Assembly (NCBI GenBank): GCA_030524705.1
Contig: JAUNGD010000010.1
Location: 9,345 to 73,344, forward strand
DNA from: Lachnospiraceae bacterium
GTDB lineage: Bacteria > Bacillota > Clostridia > Lachnospirales > Lachnospiraceae
Direction of reading: 5' to 3'
Length of the DNA stretch: 64,000 nucleotides
Shown: one piece after another, positions 18,915-28,696 of the stretch
How positions within the stretch are numbered: position 1 is the stretch's first letter
Layout of the letters: each line of letters starts with the position of its first letter
The notes under the pieces: generated by a model
The model's database searches: none
Told to the model about the DNA's origin: nothing
Seen by the model: only the letters and a program-made list of their open reading frames with translations
Position numbers and translations under genes: made by a program

Positions 18915-19469
18915 ATGAGTAAAGTATATGTTTTTCTTGCAGACGGATTTGAGGAGATCGAGGGCCTGACTGTGGTGGATATCCTGCGCAGGGCAGGGAT
19001 CGAGACGGAGATGGTATCCATCACCGGCAAAAAGCATGTGACGGGAAGTCACGGCATTGAGATAGGCGCGGATGTGCTGTTTGAAGAGATCGACAGCGCG
19101 CAGGCGTCGGTGTATGTGCTTCCGGGGGGGGGCATGCCGGGGACGCGGCATCTGGCAGCGCATGAGGGACTTTCGAAGCTGCTTCTGGGTGCAGAGACAG
19201 CCGGCGTTAAAGTGGCGGCAATCTGCGCCGCACCCAGCGTACTGGGAGAGCTTGGCCTTTTGAAGGGACACCGGGCGGTCTGCTATCCGGGCTTTGAAGA
19301 AAAGCTTTTGGGAGCAGAGGTGACCAGAGGGCCGGTGGAGGTTTCCGGAAATGTAACCACGAGCCGGGGCATGGGAACTGCGATTCCCTTTGCTCTGGCG
19401 TTGGTAGCGCAATTAAAGGATCAGAAAACGGCGGATGAGCTGGGAAAGGCGATTATCTATACGGCCTGA
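18915..19469 (+). CDS. DJ-1/PfpI family (ThiJ/YajL-like) glyoxalase III / deglycase
   Basis: FLADGFEEIE, DILRRAG, LPGG.MPG, AAICAAP, TSRGMGTA. Confidence 0.92.
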   Translation: MSKVYVFLADGFEEIEGLTVVDILRRAGIETEMVSITGKKHVTGSHGIEIGADVLFEEIDSAQASVYVLPGGGMPGTRHLAAHEGLSKLLLGAETAGVKVAAICAAPSVLGELGLLKGHRAVCYPGFEEKLLGAEVTRGPVEVSGNVTTSRGMGTAIPFALALVAQLKDQKTADELGKAIIYTA

Positions 19470-19506
19470 TGGAAATGATACCGGCAGGATAGCTGCATGG
19501 CTGGTA

Positions 19507-19600
19507 ACAGCTCCGCCATACATGCCGCAGACAGAAGCTCAGCCCGGTACAAGCAAGCTTGCACGGCCTGATTTTCTGTTTTTCTGTATGGCTGAACTGT
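19507..19600. repeat. long imperfect inverted repeat (94 nt rod-like hairpin)
   Basis: ACAGCTCCGCCATACA...TGTATGGCTGAACTGT outer arms; ACAGAAGCTCAG..GTACAAGC-AA-GCTTGCAC..CTGATTTTCTGT inner arms. Confidence 0.6.
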
Positions 19601-19722
19601 GAATAAAAAAATACTGGCGTTTTTATTAGCTCTGTGCTATACTACTTTAATGACTGCGAACGGGTGAAGACGGCGGTTCCAGAAGAGATTTGTGAAACAG
19701 AATTAAGGAGGAATACGACACG

Positions 19723-21039
19723 ATGAGTGTACAGGTAGAGAAACTGGAAAAAAATATGGCGAAGCTTACGATTGAGGTTTCCGCAGATGATTTTGAGGCA
19801 GCATTGGAGAAGGCATATCAGAAAAACAAAGGAAAGATTACGCTTCCGGGCTTCCGCAAGGGCAAAGCTCCGCGTAAGATGATCGAGAAAATGTACGGCG
19901 TAGGAATTTTCTATGAGGATGCTGCAAACGCAGTCATTCCGGAAGCATATGCCAAGGCTGCAGAGGAGAGCGGAGAGGATATCGTATCACAGCCGGAGAT
20001 CAATGTGACTCAGATTGAAGCGGGCAAGCCGTTTATCTTCACAGCAGAGGTTGCCGTAAAGCCGGCGGTTACTCTGGGAGAGTACAAGGGCCTTGAAGTA
20101 GAGAAGACAGAGGTTGCTGTTTCTGAAGAGGAAGTAGACAAGGAAGTAGATAAGGAGCGCGAAAACAACGCCAGAATGCTTGACATTGATGACCGTGCAG
20201 TAGAAAACGGCGATATGATCAAGCTTGACTTTGAAGGATTTGTTGACGGAGAAGCATTTGCAGGCGGCAAGGGCGAGGATTATCCGCTGACCATCGGTTC
20301 CGGCAGCTTCATTCCGGGATTTGAAGATCAGCTTGTAGGCGCTAAGATCGGCGAGGACGTGGAAGTCAATGTGACCTTCCCGGAGAATTACCAGGCAGAG
20401 GAGCTGAAGGGCAAGGCTGCAGTATTCAAATGCAAGGTAAATGAGATCAAGGTAAAGGAGCTCCCGGAGGCAGATGACGAGTTTGCAAAGGATGTTTCCG
20501 AGTTTGATACACTGGCTGAGTACAGAGACGATATCCGTGCAAAGCTGCTTGAGAAAAAAGAGCAGGAAGCAAAGCGCGAGAAAGAAAATAAGGTAGTTGC
20601 AAAGGCTGTTGAAAATGCAGAGATGGAGATCCCGGACGCCATGGTAAACGAGCAGGTAAGACGTATGGCAGACGACTTTACAAGAAGAATTGAGTCCCAG
20701 GGCATTTCCATGGAGCAGTATATGCAGTTCACTGGCATGACGGCGGACAAAATGCTGGATCAGATGAAGCCGGAGGCTCTGAAGCGTATCCAGAACAGCC
20801 TTGTACTGGAGGCAATCGCAAAGGCTGAGGATATTCAGATCAGCGACGAGCGCCTGGATGAGGAGCTTGCAAAGATGGCTGAGCAGTACAAGATGGAAGT
20901 AGAGAAGCTCAAAGAGCTGATGGGCGACTACGAGAAAGAACAGATGAAGAACGACCTGGCGATCCAGGCTGCAGTAGAGATGATTACAGAGGCTGCAAAG
21001 GAAGTAGAAGCAGTTAAGACAGAAGAAGCGGCTGAGTAA
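19723..21039 (+). CDS. tig: trigger factor
   Basis: PGFRKGKAP ribosome-binding motif, FKBP domain FIPGFEDQL; synteny with clpPX. Confidence 0.98.
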   Translation: MSVQVEKLEKNMAKLTIEVSADDFEAALEKAYQKNKGKITLPGFRKGKAPRKMIEKMYGVGIFYEDAANAVIPEAYAKAAEESGEDIVSQPEINVTQIEAGKPFIFTAEVAVKPAVTLGEYKGLEVEKTEVAVSEEEVDKEVDKERENNARMLDIDDRAVENGDMIKLDFEGFVDGEAFAGGKGEDYPLTIGSGSFIPGFEDQLVGAKIGEDVEVNVTFPENYQAEELKGKAAVFKCKVNEIKVKELPEADDEFAKDVSEFDTLAEYRDDIRAKLLEKKEQEAKREKENKVVAKAVENAEMEIPDAMVNEQVRRMADDFTRRIESQGISMEQYMQFTGMTADKMLDQMKPEALKRIQNSLVLEAIAKAEDIQISDERLDEELAKMAEQYKMEVEKLKELMGDYEKEQMKNDLAIQAAVEMITEAAKEVEAVKTEEAAE

Positions 21040-21077
21040 ATCCGCGTAATACTTCATAATGGGGAGGGACAGCAGGT

Positions 21078-21659
21078 ATGAGCCTTGTACCTATGGTCAT
21101 TGAACAGACAGGAAGAGGAGAACGCTCTTACGATATTTATTCCAGATTGCTGAAGGACAGGATCATTTTTCTGGGAGAAGAGGTTACCGACGTCAGTGCA
21201 AACCTGATCGTTGCGCAGCTTCTGTTCCTGGAATCTGAGGATCCGAACAAGGACATTCAGCTTTATATCAACAGCCCGGGAGGCTCCGTATCTGCCGGAC
21301 TGGCCATTTACGATACGATGCATTACGTTAAGTGTGATGTGTCCACGATCTGCATGGGCATGGCGGCCAGCATGGGAGCTTTTCTGCTGGCGGGCGGTGC
21401 GAAGGGCAAGCGTTTTGCGCTTCCGAATGCAGAGGTGATGATTCATCAGCCGTCGGGCGGAGCACAGGGACAGGCTACAGATATCAAGATCGTAGCGGAT
21501 AAGATTCTCCAGACGAAGAAGAAATTAAATGAGATGCTGGCAGCAAATACAGGCCAGCCGTACGATGTGATTGCAGCGGATACGGAAAGAGACCGCTGGA
21601 TGACGGCCGAGGAAGCAAAGGCTTACGGCCTGATTGACGAAATTGTCGCACCGCGATAA
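21078..21659 (+). CDS. clpP: ATP-dependent Clp protease proteolytic subunit
   Basis: [29 protein letters not shown]. Confidence 0.98.
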   Translation: MSLVPMVIEQTGRGERSYDIYSRLLKDRIIFLGEEVTDVSANLIVAQLLFLESEDPNKDIQLYINSPGGSVSAGLAIYDTMHYVKCDVSTICMGMAASMGAFLLAGGAKGKRFALPNAEVMIHQPSGGAQGQATDIKIVADKILQTKKKLNEMLAANTGQPYDVIAADTERDRWMTAEEAKAYGLIDEIVAPR

Positions 21660-21739
21660 GTAAGTATTTATGGGGCTGTTACTAAGGAAAACTTGTAACA
21701 GTCCCACTGTGGTTCATTTAGAATATAAGGAGTGGAAAA

Positions 21740-23026
21740 ATGCCGGGCAAAAACGGAGAAAAAATCAGATGTTCTTTCTGTAATAAGACAGAGGATCAGG
21801 TGCGCAAGCTGATTGCGGGACCGAACGGAGTATATATTTGTGATGAATGTGTCGACATCTGCTCTGAGATCATCGAAGAGGAGCTGGAGGATGAAGAGAT
21901 TACGGAGGAAATGGCGTCCATTAATCTTCTGAAGCCGATGGAGATCAAAGAATTTCTGGATGAATATGTAATTGGACAGGAGGAAGCGAAAAAGACGCTT
22001 TCCGTTGCAGTTTATAATCACTACAAAAGAATCACCAGCGGGCGGTATCTTGATGTGGAGCTGCAGAAGAGCAATATTCTGATGCTTGGACCCACGGGTT
22101 CTGGGAAGACGATGCTTGCCCAGACGCTGGCGCGCCTTTTAAATGTGCCCTTTGCGATCGCTGATGCGACGGCGCTGACCGAGGCGGGCTACGTCGGAGA
22201 GGATGTTGAAAATATACTGCTGAAGATTATTCAGGCGGCAGATTACGATATAAAAAAAGCAGAATACGGTATTATTTACATTGATGAGATTGACAAGATC
22301 ACCCGGAAATCTGAGAATGCCTCCATTACGAGGGATGTATCAGGAGAAGGTGTACAGCAGGCGCTGCTGAAGATTCTGGAGGGAACCGTGGCTTCCGTAC
22401 CGCCCCAGGGCGGCCGCAAGCATCCGCACCAGGAGCTTCTTCAGATTGACACGACGAATATCCTGTTTATCTGCGGCGGCGCGTTTGAGGGGATCGACAA
22501 GATCATTGAGGCCCGAATGGACAAAAAGGGCATCGGCTTCAACTCAGAGCTGACGGAGAAAAACAAAAAGAACGTGGGAGAGATCCTGAAAAAGGCGCTT
22601 CCCCAGGATTTTATCAAGTTCGGTATGATCCCGGAGTTTGTGGGCCGTGTCCCGGTGGTGGTTTCCCTGGATGAGCTGGATAAGGATGCGCTGATCCGCA
22701 TTTTGACCGAGCCGAAGAACGCCATTGTAAAGCAGTATCAGGGGTTGTTCGGTCTCGATGATGTGGAGCTTTCCTTTACGCCGGAGGCCATTGAGGCCAT
22801 TGCGGACAAGACGATCAAGAGAAAGACAGGTGCCAGAGGACTTCGGGCGATCATGGAAAATTCTATGATGGATCTGATGTATAAGATTCCTTCTGACGAT
22901 ACGATTGAGACGTGCGTCGTGACGAAGGAGACGATAGAAGGATCGGGAGAGCCGGAGCTTACGTATCGTGAGACGCCGGTGTCCAGACGGAAGCGCAGAC
23001 TTGGACTGGGACAGGAGACTGCGTAG
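21740..23026 (+). CDS. clpX: ATP-dependent Clp protease ATP-binding subunit
   Basis: CSFC...ICDEC zinc finger, [23 protein letters not shown] loop. Confidence 0.98.
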   Translation: MPGKNGEKIRCSFCNKTEDQVRKLIAGPNGVYICDECVDICSEIIEEELEDEEITEEMASINLLKPMEIKEFLDEYVIGQEEAKKTLSVAVYNHYKRITSGRYLDVELQKSNILMLGPTGSGKTMLAQTLARLLNVPFAIADATALTEAGYVGEDVENILLKIIQAADYDIKKAEYGIIYIDEIDKITRKSENASITRDVSGEGVQQALLKILEGTVASVPPQGGRKHPHQELLQIDTTNILFICGGAFEGIDKIIEARMDKKGIGFNSELTEKNKKNVGEILKKALPQDFIKFGMIPEFVGRVPVVVSLDELDKDALIRILTEPKNAIVKQYQGLFGLDDVELSFTPEAIEAIADKTIKRKTGARGLRAIMENSMMDLMYKIPSDDTIETCVVTKETIEGSGEPELTYRETPVSRRKRRLGLGQETA

Positions 23027-23102
23027 AGAGCATAAGACTGGTCTGGAGCAGGGGATTGCATAAGAAGGTGCAGATTCGGATCAGGACAGGAGACTGCATA
23101 AG
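22991..23102 (+). repeat. degenerate ~37-bp tandem repeat x3 spanning the clpX stop codon
   Basis: GGACAGGAGACTGC at 23009 and 23084, with an intermediate AGCAGGGGATTGCATAAG copy. Confidence 0.65.
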
Positions 23103-23116
23103 ACAGCGAGGAAGAT

Positions 23117-25435
23117 ATGAGCGAAATGATAAAGACAATGCCGGCCATACCGCTGCGGGGGCTGACGGTGCTGCCGACGATGGTACTGCATTTTGATATC
23201 AGCAGAGAAAAGTCCATCAAAGCTGTGGAGGCTGCGATGGCGGAGGATCAGATTCTATTTTTAGTGACTCAGCAGAACCCGGATGATAATAATCCGGGTT
23301 TGCGAGGTTTATATGAGGTGGGCGTGACCGCCAGAATTCGGAATGTGGCGAAGCTGCCGAAGGATATTATCCGCGTGATGGTGGAGGGACTGCAAAAGGG
23401 CAGACTGCTGGGAACGGAAGAAAAGGACGGATACCTGCAGGCCCAGGTGGAGCCGATGGAAGAGCAGCATCCGCAGATAGAGGCGCTTACGGCCGCCGCC
23501 ATGACGAGAGCGCTGGAGGATCTTCTGAGACGGTACGGACAGCTGAATCCGAAGTTTGGGAAGGATATGCTCAGACAGCTTTTGGACATTCAGGATATGG
23601 AAAAGCTTACGACGGCGGTGTGCGTACACCTTCCGCTGAATTATGCGGAACGGCAGAAGCTCCTGGAGGCGGGGGATATCGTAGACCGCTACGACTGCCT
23701 GAGTACGATTCTCGTGAACGAGATGGAGATTATGCAGATCCGCAATGAGATCCAGCAGAAGGTGAAGGAGCGGGTCGACAAGAACCAGAGAGAGTATGTG
23801 CTTCGGGAGCAGGTCAGGATCATTCAGGAGGAGCTCGGCGAGGATACGCTGCTTTCTGACGTGAAACGGTATCAGGAGGCCGCAGAAGAACTCTGCGCCT
23901 CAGAGGAAGTAAAGGAAAAAATACGCAAGGAGACACAGCGGCTGAAAAGCCTGGGAAGCAATTCGGCGGAAAGCTCCGTGCTCCGAAGCTACATTGAGAC
24001 GCTGCTGGAGCTTCCCTGGGATAAGGTTTCAACGGACAATCAGGATCTGAAGAATGCCCGGAAGGTTTTGGACGAGGATCATTATGGTCTGGAGAAGGTG
24101 AAGGAACGTGTGCTGGAATTTCTGGCCGTCCGCTGTCTGAACCAGAAGGGAGACAGCCCGATCCTCTGTCTCGTGGGTCCTCCGGGAACCGGAAAGACCT
24201 CCATTGCCCGTTCGATTGCCCGGGCGCTGGACAAGCAGTATGTGAGGATCAGCCTTGGAGGAGTCCGGGATGAAGCGGAGATACGGGGACACAGAAGAAC
24301 CTATATCGGCGCTATGCCGGGCCGGATTGCAGCGGGAATGCGGCAGGCCGGAGTCAAGAATCCTCTGATGCTGCTGGACGAGATCGACAAGGTCAGCAGT
24401 GATTACAAGGGAGATACCTCCTCGGCGCTCCTGGAGGTGCTGGATTCCGAACAGAACTGCCGGTTCCGGGATAATTATGTGGAGCTTCCCGTAGATCTGT
24501 CCGAGGTGCTTTTTATTGCGACGGCGAATGATCTGCATACGATTCCGCGGCCTCTGCTGGACCGTATGGAGATCATTGAGGTGAGCAGCTATACGTCAAA
24601 TGAAAAGCTGCACATAGCCAAGGATCATCTGGTGAAGAAGCAGATGGAGCGTCACGGTCTCGCAAAGGGCCAGCTGACGATTACGAAGCCTGCGCTTTCT
24701 TCTATGATCAGCGGCTATACGAAGGAGGCCGGAGTCCGGCAGCTTGAGCGCAAGATTGGGGAGATCTGCCGCAAAACGGCAAGAGAGATCCTGGAAAATG
24801 ACGCGAAAAGTGTGAAGGTTTCCGAAAAGAACCTGGAAAAATATCTGGGCCGGAGGCGTTATACCTTTACGAAAAAGAATGCGAAAAATGATGTGGGAAT
24901 CGTCCGGGGCCTGGCCTGGACCAGCGTCGGCGGCGATACGCTGCAGATCGAGGTCAATACGATGCCGGGCAAGGGAGAATTCCTGCTGACGGGACAGCTG
25001 GGAGATGTGATGAAGGAGTCTGCCAGAACGGCCATCAGCTACGTGCGCTCTCTCGGAGAGCAGTATAAGATCGACGCAGAATTTTTCGGCAAAAACGATA
25101 TTCACATTCACATTCCAGAGGGAGCAGTGCCCAAGGACGGCCCCTCCGCCGGAATCACGATGGCGACGGCAATTCTGTCTGCGATCACGGGAATCCCGGT
25201 GCGGGCGGACGTAGCCATGACCGGGGAGATCACGCTGCGGGGCAGGGTCCTTGCCATCGGCGGCCTGAAGGAAAAGCTGCTGGCGGCGAAGCAGGCCGGA
25301 ATTACGACGGTGATTGTTCCCGCCGAGAATAAAGCCGACGTTGCAGAGATGCAGGAGGAGATCACGGACGGTCTGAAGCTGGTTTACGCAAGCGCGATGC
25401 CGGAGGTGCTGAAGACGGCTCTGGTGCAAAAATGA
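23117..25435 (+). CDS. lon: Lon protease (endopeptidase La)
   Basis: [45 protein letters not shown]. Confidence 0.98.
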   Translation: MSEMIKTMPAIPLRGLTVLPTMVLHFDISREKSIKAVEAAMAEDQILFLVTQQNPDDNNPGLRGLYEVGVTARIRNVAKLPKDIIRVMVEGLQKGRLLGTEEKDGYLQAQVEPMEEQHPQIEALTAAAMTRALEDLLRRYGQLNPKFGKDMLRQLLDIQDMEKLTTAVCVHLPLNYAERQKLLEAGDIVDRYDCLSTILVNEMEIMQIRNEIQQKVKERVDKNQREYVLREQVRIIQEELGEDTLLSDVKRYQEAAEELCASEEVKEKIRKETQRLKSLGSNSAESSVLRSYIETLLELPWDKVSTDNQDLKNARKVLDEDHYGLEKVKERVLEFLAVRCLNQKGDSPILCLVGPPGTGKTSIARSIARALDKQYVRISLGGVRDEAEIRGHRRTYIGAMPGRIAAGMRQAGVKNPLMLLDEIDKVSSDYKGDTSSALLEVLDSEQNCRFRDNYVELPVDLSEVLFIATANDLHTIPRPLLDRMEIIEVSSYTSNEKLHIAKDHLVKKQMERHGLAKGQLTITKPALSSMISGYTKEAGVRQLERKIGEICRKTAREILENDAKSVKVSEKNLEKYLGRRRYTFTKKNAKNDVGIVRGLAWTSVGGDTLQIEVNTMPGKGEFLLTGQLGDVMKESARTAISYVRSLGEQYKIDAEFFGKNDIHIHIPEGAVPKDGPSAGITMATAILSAITGIPVRADVAMTGEITLRGRVLAIGGLKEKLLAAKQAGITTVIVPAENKADVAEMQEEITDGLKLVYASAMPEVLKTALVQK

Positions 25436-25548
25436 CAGGTGCGGCACCCTCCCCGAAGGGAGAAGGCAGCAGAAACCGTGGCCGCATGAAAAACAGAAGC
25501 GGCAGGAAGCTCAAATGCTGCTGACATAGAAAGCATGAGGATATATCA

Positions 25549-26145
25549 ATGGTCATAAAACAAGTGGGGCTGGAAACAGTCTGCGGTATCACAAGTAAGC
25601 TGCCGGAGAATACGAAGGCTGAGGTGGCATTTGCCGGCAAGTCAAACGTCGGCAAGTCATCGCTGATCAACGGGCTTTTGAACCGAAAGGCCCTGGCCCG
25701 CACCAGCTCTCAGCCGGGCAAGACTCAGACGATCAATTTTTATAATGTAAATGACGCGCTTTATCTGGTGGATTTGCCGGGATACGGATACGCAAAGGTA
25801 TCCCAGAGCGAAAAGGAAAAATGGGGAAAGCTGATAGAGCGGTATCTGCACGGCTCAAAACAGCTCCGGGCCGTTTTTCTGCTGGTGGACATTCGCCACG
25901 AGCCAGGGGCAAACGACAAGACAATGTACGAATGGATCTGCCACAATGGTTATGAGCCGATTATTATTGCGACAAAGCTGGACAAGATCAAGCGCAGCCA
26001 GATCCAAAAGCAGCTCAGGCTGATCCGGGAAGGGCTGCAGGTGCGCCCGGGAACACAGCTCATACCGTTTTCCGCCGAGACGAAGCAGGGACGGGATGAG
26101 ATATGGGAAGTGATCGAGGGACTGTGCACGGAAGAAGAGACGTGA
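25549..26145 (+). CDS. engB: ribosome biogenesis GTPase YihA/YsxC/EngB
   Basis: GKSNVGKSS, PGKT, DLPGYG, TKLDK; follows lon. Confidence 0.96.
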   Translation: MVIKQVGLETVCGITSKLPENTKAEVAFAGKSNVGKSSLINGLLNRKALARTSSQPGKTQTINFYNVNDALYLVDLPGYGYAKVSQSEKEKWGKLIERYLHGSKQLRAVFLLVDIRHEPGANDKTMYEWICHNGYEPIIIATKLDKIKRSQIQKQLRLIREGLQVRPGTQLIPFSAETKQGRDEIWEVIEGLCTEEET

Positions 26146-26204
26146 AGCCCCATATCATAAAAAGATTACTTTACAGTAGACGTTATGTCGAAGGAAAATG
26201 CTGG

Positions 26205-26231
26205 AGAAGCTTCGGAAGACCGGAGCTTTTT
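26205..26231 (+). terminator. intrinsic terminator of the tig-clp-lon-engB operon
   Basis: AGAAGCTTCGG-AAGA-CCGGAGCTTTTT. Confidence 0.6.
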
Positions 26232-26237
26232 CTAATC

Positions 26238-26272
26238 AAAAAAAGACATCCGACATGACGGTATCGGATGTC
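26238..26272 (-). terminator. intrinsic terminator of rpsT
   Basis: GACATCCGA-N10-TCGGATGTC preceded by A7 (U tract on the minus strand). Confidence 0.7.
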
Positions 26273-26295
26273 CCTTCTTATGATCTGATCTATGC

Positions 26296-26559
26296 TTATG
26301 CCAGGGTGTTGACTGCTTTTGTCAGACGTGAAACTTTTCTTGCTGCATTGTTCTTGTGATAAACGCCTTTCTTGGCAGCTTTATCAATCGTAGAAATAGC
26401 AGCCAGCAAAGCAGCTTCAGCAGCAGCTTTGTCCTGTGCTGCAACAGCAGCCTCTACCTTCTTGATAGCCGTCTTAACAGCAGACTTAGCAGACTTATTG
26501 CGCTCATTTCTGGTCTTTGTCACCAGGATTCTCTTCTTAGCAGATTTGATGTTAGCCAA
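26296..26559 (-). CDS. rpsT: 30S ribosomal protein S20
   Basis: TTG start behind GGAGG; ANIKSAKKR...HKNNAARKVSRL. Confidence 0.98.
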   Translation of the reverse strand: MANIKSAKKRILVTKTRNERNKSAKSAVKTAIKKVEAAVAAQDKAAAEAALLAAISTIDKAAKKGVYHKNNAARKVSRLTKAVNTLA

Positions 26560-26641
26560 TGTGTACACCTCCAAACATTCTGTATTTATGATTTGTTTCA
26601 TTAAAATCGGACACGGACGTTTAATGTAAACATACTCATAT

Positions 26642-26670
26642 ATCTTATTCCAATCACACTTTTCTGTCAA
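26642..26670 (-). promoter_or_regulatory. sigma-A promoter of rpsT
   Basis: Minus strand TTGACA-N17-TAAGAT. Confidence 0.75.
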
Positions 26671-26728
26671 TACATATTTCTGAAAAACTTGTAAAAAATA
26701 AGGACTATAAACACGAAGGAGAGCTGTT

Positions 26729-27685
26729 ATGATGGGGAATTTTCAGATACGGACAGATCTGGCACTGGAGGCCAGGGAAAGCTACGGCGAAGACGATATC
26801 AGAATCCGCGGGGTGAAGATTGAAGAGAAGGCGGATGAGGAAAGAGAAATCTATACGACTATTGTAAAAATTGAGACGGAAAACGGCGCGAAGGCCATGG
26901 GAAAGCCGGTGGGAACGTATATCACCATCGAGGCCCCGAATATGTCGACGCCGGACGAGGATTACCACCGGGAGATATCGGAGGAGCTGGCAAAATACCT
27001 CTGCCGGATCATGGGAGAGCGCAAAGGCTCTGTGCTGGTGGTGGGCCTGGGCAACCGGGAGGTGACGCCGGATGCCCTGGGACCGGATGTGGTGAATAAC
27101 CTTCATATTACGAGGCATATGATAAAAGAATACGGGCGTGCAGCGGCGAATCTGGAGCAGGAGGATGAGATCAGCGCCATTGTTCCCGGGGTTATGGCCC
27201 AGACCGGTATGGAAACACTGGAGATCATCAAGGGCGTCGTGGAGGAGACCGGCCCGGAAATTGTTGTTGCCATTGACGCTCTGGCAGCCCGGAGCACGAA
27301 GCGCCTGAACCGGACGATCCAGATTACCGATACGGGCATCAATCCCGGCTCAGGGGTCGGCAATCATCGCAATGCGATCAATCAGGAAACAGTGGGAGTC
27401 CCGGTGATTGCAGTGGGAGTGCCGACGGTGGTGGATGCGGCGACGATTGTGAACGATACGATGGAGGAGCTGATCGCCCAGATGGACAGCTCTGCCAACA
27501 TGCAGCGGCTGGGAGGCACGCTGGGGACCTTAAATCAGGCAGAAAAGCATCAGATGATACGGGAGCTGATTTCGCCGCACCTCAATACGATGTTCGTGAC
27601 ACCGAAGGATATTGATGAGACTGTGAAATACCTGAGCTATACAATATCTGAAGGGCTGAATATCGCGTTTTCGGGAAATGGCTGA
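26729..27685 (+). CDS. gpr: germination protease (GPR endopeptidase)
   Basis: RTDLALEA, GLGNREVTPDALGP, PGVMAQTGME, AIDALAAR, GSGVGNHR, VTPKDID; divergent from rpsT. Confidence 0.96.
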   Translation: MMGNFQIRTDLALEARESYGEDDIRIRGVKIEEKADEEREIYTTIVKIETENGAKAMGKPVGTYITIEAPNMSTPDEDYHREISEELAKYLCRIMGERKGSVLVVGLGNREVTPDALGPDVVNNLHITRHMIKEYGRAAANLEQEDEISAIVPGVMAQTGMETLEIIKGVVEETGPEIVVAIDALAARSTKRLNRTIQITDTGINPGSGVGNHRNAINQETVGVPVIAVGVPTVVDAATIVNDTMEELIAQMDSSANMQRLGGTLGTLNQAEKHQMIRELISPHLNTMFVTPKDIDETVKYLSYTISEGLNIAFSGNG

Positions 27686-27731
27686 ATATTGCATTTTCGG
27701 GGAACGGCTGGATATCGCGTTTTCAGGGAAC
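27654..27731 (+). repeat. 26-bp tandem repeat x3 spanning the gpr stop codon
   Basis: GGCTGAATATCGCGTTTTCGGGAAAT / GGCTGAATATTGCATTTTCGGGGAAC / GGCTGGATATCGCGTTTTCAGGGAAC. Confidence 0.9.
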
Positions 27732-27784
27732 AGGCTTGTATATAATATGAGGATATAGAAACGGGTCGGGCATTCCTCCAAAGA

Positions 27785-27813
27785 TTGACTTTTTACAGGG
27801 CAGAGGATATTAT
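27785..27813 (+). promoter_or_regulatory. sigma-A-type promoter
   Basis: TTGACT-N17-TATTAT. Confidence 0.6.
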
Positions 27814-27864
27814 GGATAGCATATAGCTTTTGCTTTGAGCAGCTTAGGAGAGGAATGTGCAGAA

Positions 27865-28425
27865 ATGTCCGAAAAACAAAGGAAGGGCCGCAGGGCCTAC
27901 TTAAATGATATTAAGATGAATGAAAGCGGCAAGTATGTATACGAGGGTACGTACTATGCCTGGGACGAAAAAGAAAAAGGCCGCCGCCGGATTTTGGCAA
28001 AGCTGTGGGGCGTGTGCGCCGTACTCGCCGCTGCCGCTGTGGCGGCGGGGTGTATTCCGGCTCCGGGAATGGAGAACTGCGTTTATCTGGTGCTTCCGTA
28101 TGCTCTGCAGGTGATCGCTGCCGTCAGTGTGTGCTGGGGGCTGGGACGGCTGTCCCTTGGCGGTAATCCGCTGCGGGAATACGTATATCAGGCTGCGGTG
28201 GAAAAATTACCGGGGCGGGCCGTGATCTCGGCGGTCTTTGCGGGACTCACGGCGGCAGGAGAGCTTGTCTATGTGATTCAAAATGGGGTACAGGGAGAAG
28301 CGGGAATGTTTGCTCTGTGCCTGGTGCTGGAGGCAATCGTGACGGCTGCCGCCCTGTATCTTCGCTTCGCGGTGCTGAAGCTTTCCTGGGAAAAACAAAG
28401 CCGGAGGACAGATAAGAACAGATAG
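27865..28425 (+). CDS. hypothetical membrane protein (about 4 TM)
   Basis: Basic N-terminus with G.YVY.G.YY, then four hydrophobic segments; GAGG RBS. Confidence 0.7.
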   Translation: MSEKQRKGRRAYLNDIKMNESGKYVYEGTYYAWDEKEKGRRRILAKLWGVCAVLAAAAVAAGCIPAPGMENCVYLVLPYALQVIAAVSVCWGLGRLSLGGNPLREYVYQAAVEKLPGRAVISAVFAGLTAAGELVYVIQNGVQGEAGMFALCLVLEAIVTAAALYLRFAVLKLSWEKQSRRTDKNR

Positions 28426-28534
28426 GATTTCTGGCTTCGATTTATTAAAATTCATTAGAATGAATAATTGTGCAAAATTTCCATTTATTATGCAAAACAC
28501 CCGCTGATTTTACAGCAGTTTTATCAACAAAAAA

Positions 28535-28563
28535 TTGACAAAAGCGGCGAAAGCAGATATACT
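28535..28563 (+). promoter_or_regulatory. sigma-A promoter of the Opp-type operon
   Basis: TTGACA-N17-TATACT. Confidence 0.8.
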
Positions 28564-28599
28564 TATTATATCAAAGGGAACTTTGCAGGAAAATAAAGC

Positions 28600-28641
28600 A
28601 AGGGGGGATATCCCCCCTTTATGCTTGTATACAAGCATAAA
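28600..28641. promoter_or_regulatory. two overlapping perfect palindromes in the SBP leader
   Basis: AAGGGGGGATATCCCCCCTT (28600-28619) and TTTATGCTTGTATACAAGCATAAA (28618-28641). Confidence 0.7.
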
Positions 28642-28696
28642 ATACCCCTGTTCGCTGAGTTCTTGATTTATAAGGAAAAAGGAGGAATTTTAAAGT

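Noticed and set aside
19987-21057. 356-aa antisense ORF opposite tig (likewise those opposite lon, lepA, oppB, oppF, spoIIP and dnaJ)
   Set aside because: Shadow ORFs of strongly biased genes, with no recognisable motifs.
26166-26193. dif-like site (TTATGTCGAAG resembles a XerD arm)
   Set aside because: The left arm is not dif-like or palindromic, and gene orientation does not switch here as expected near a terminus.
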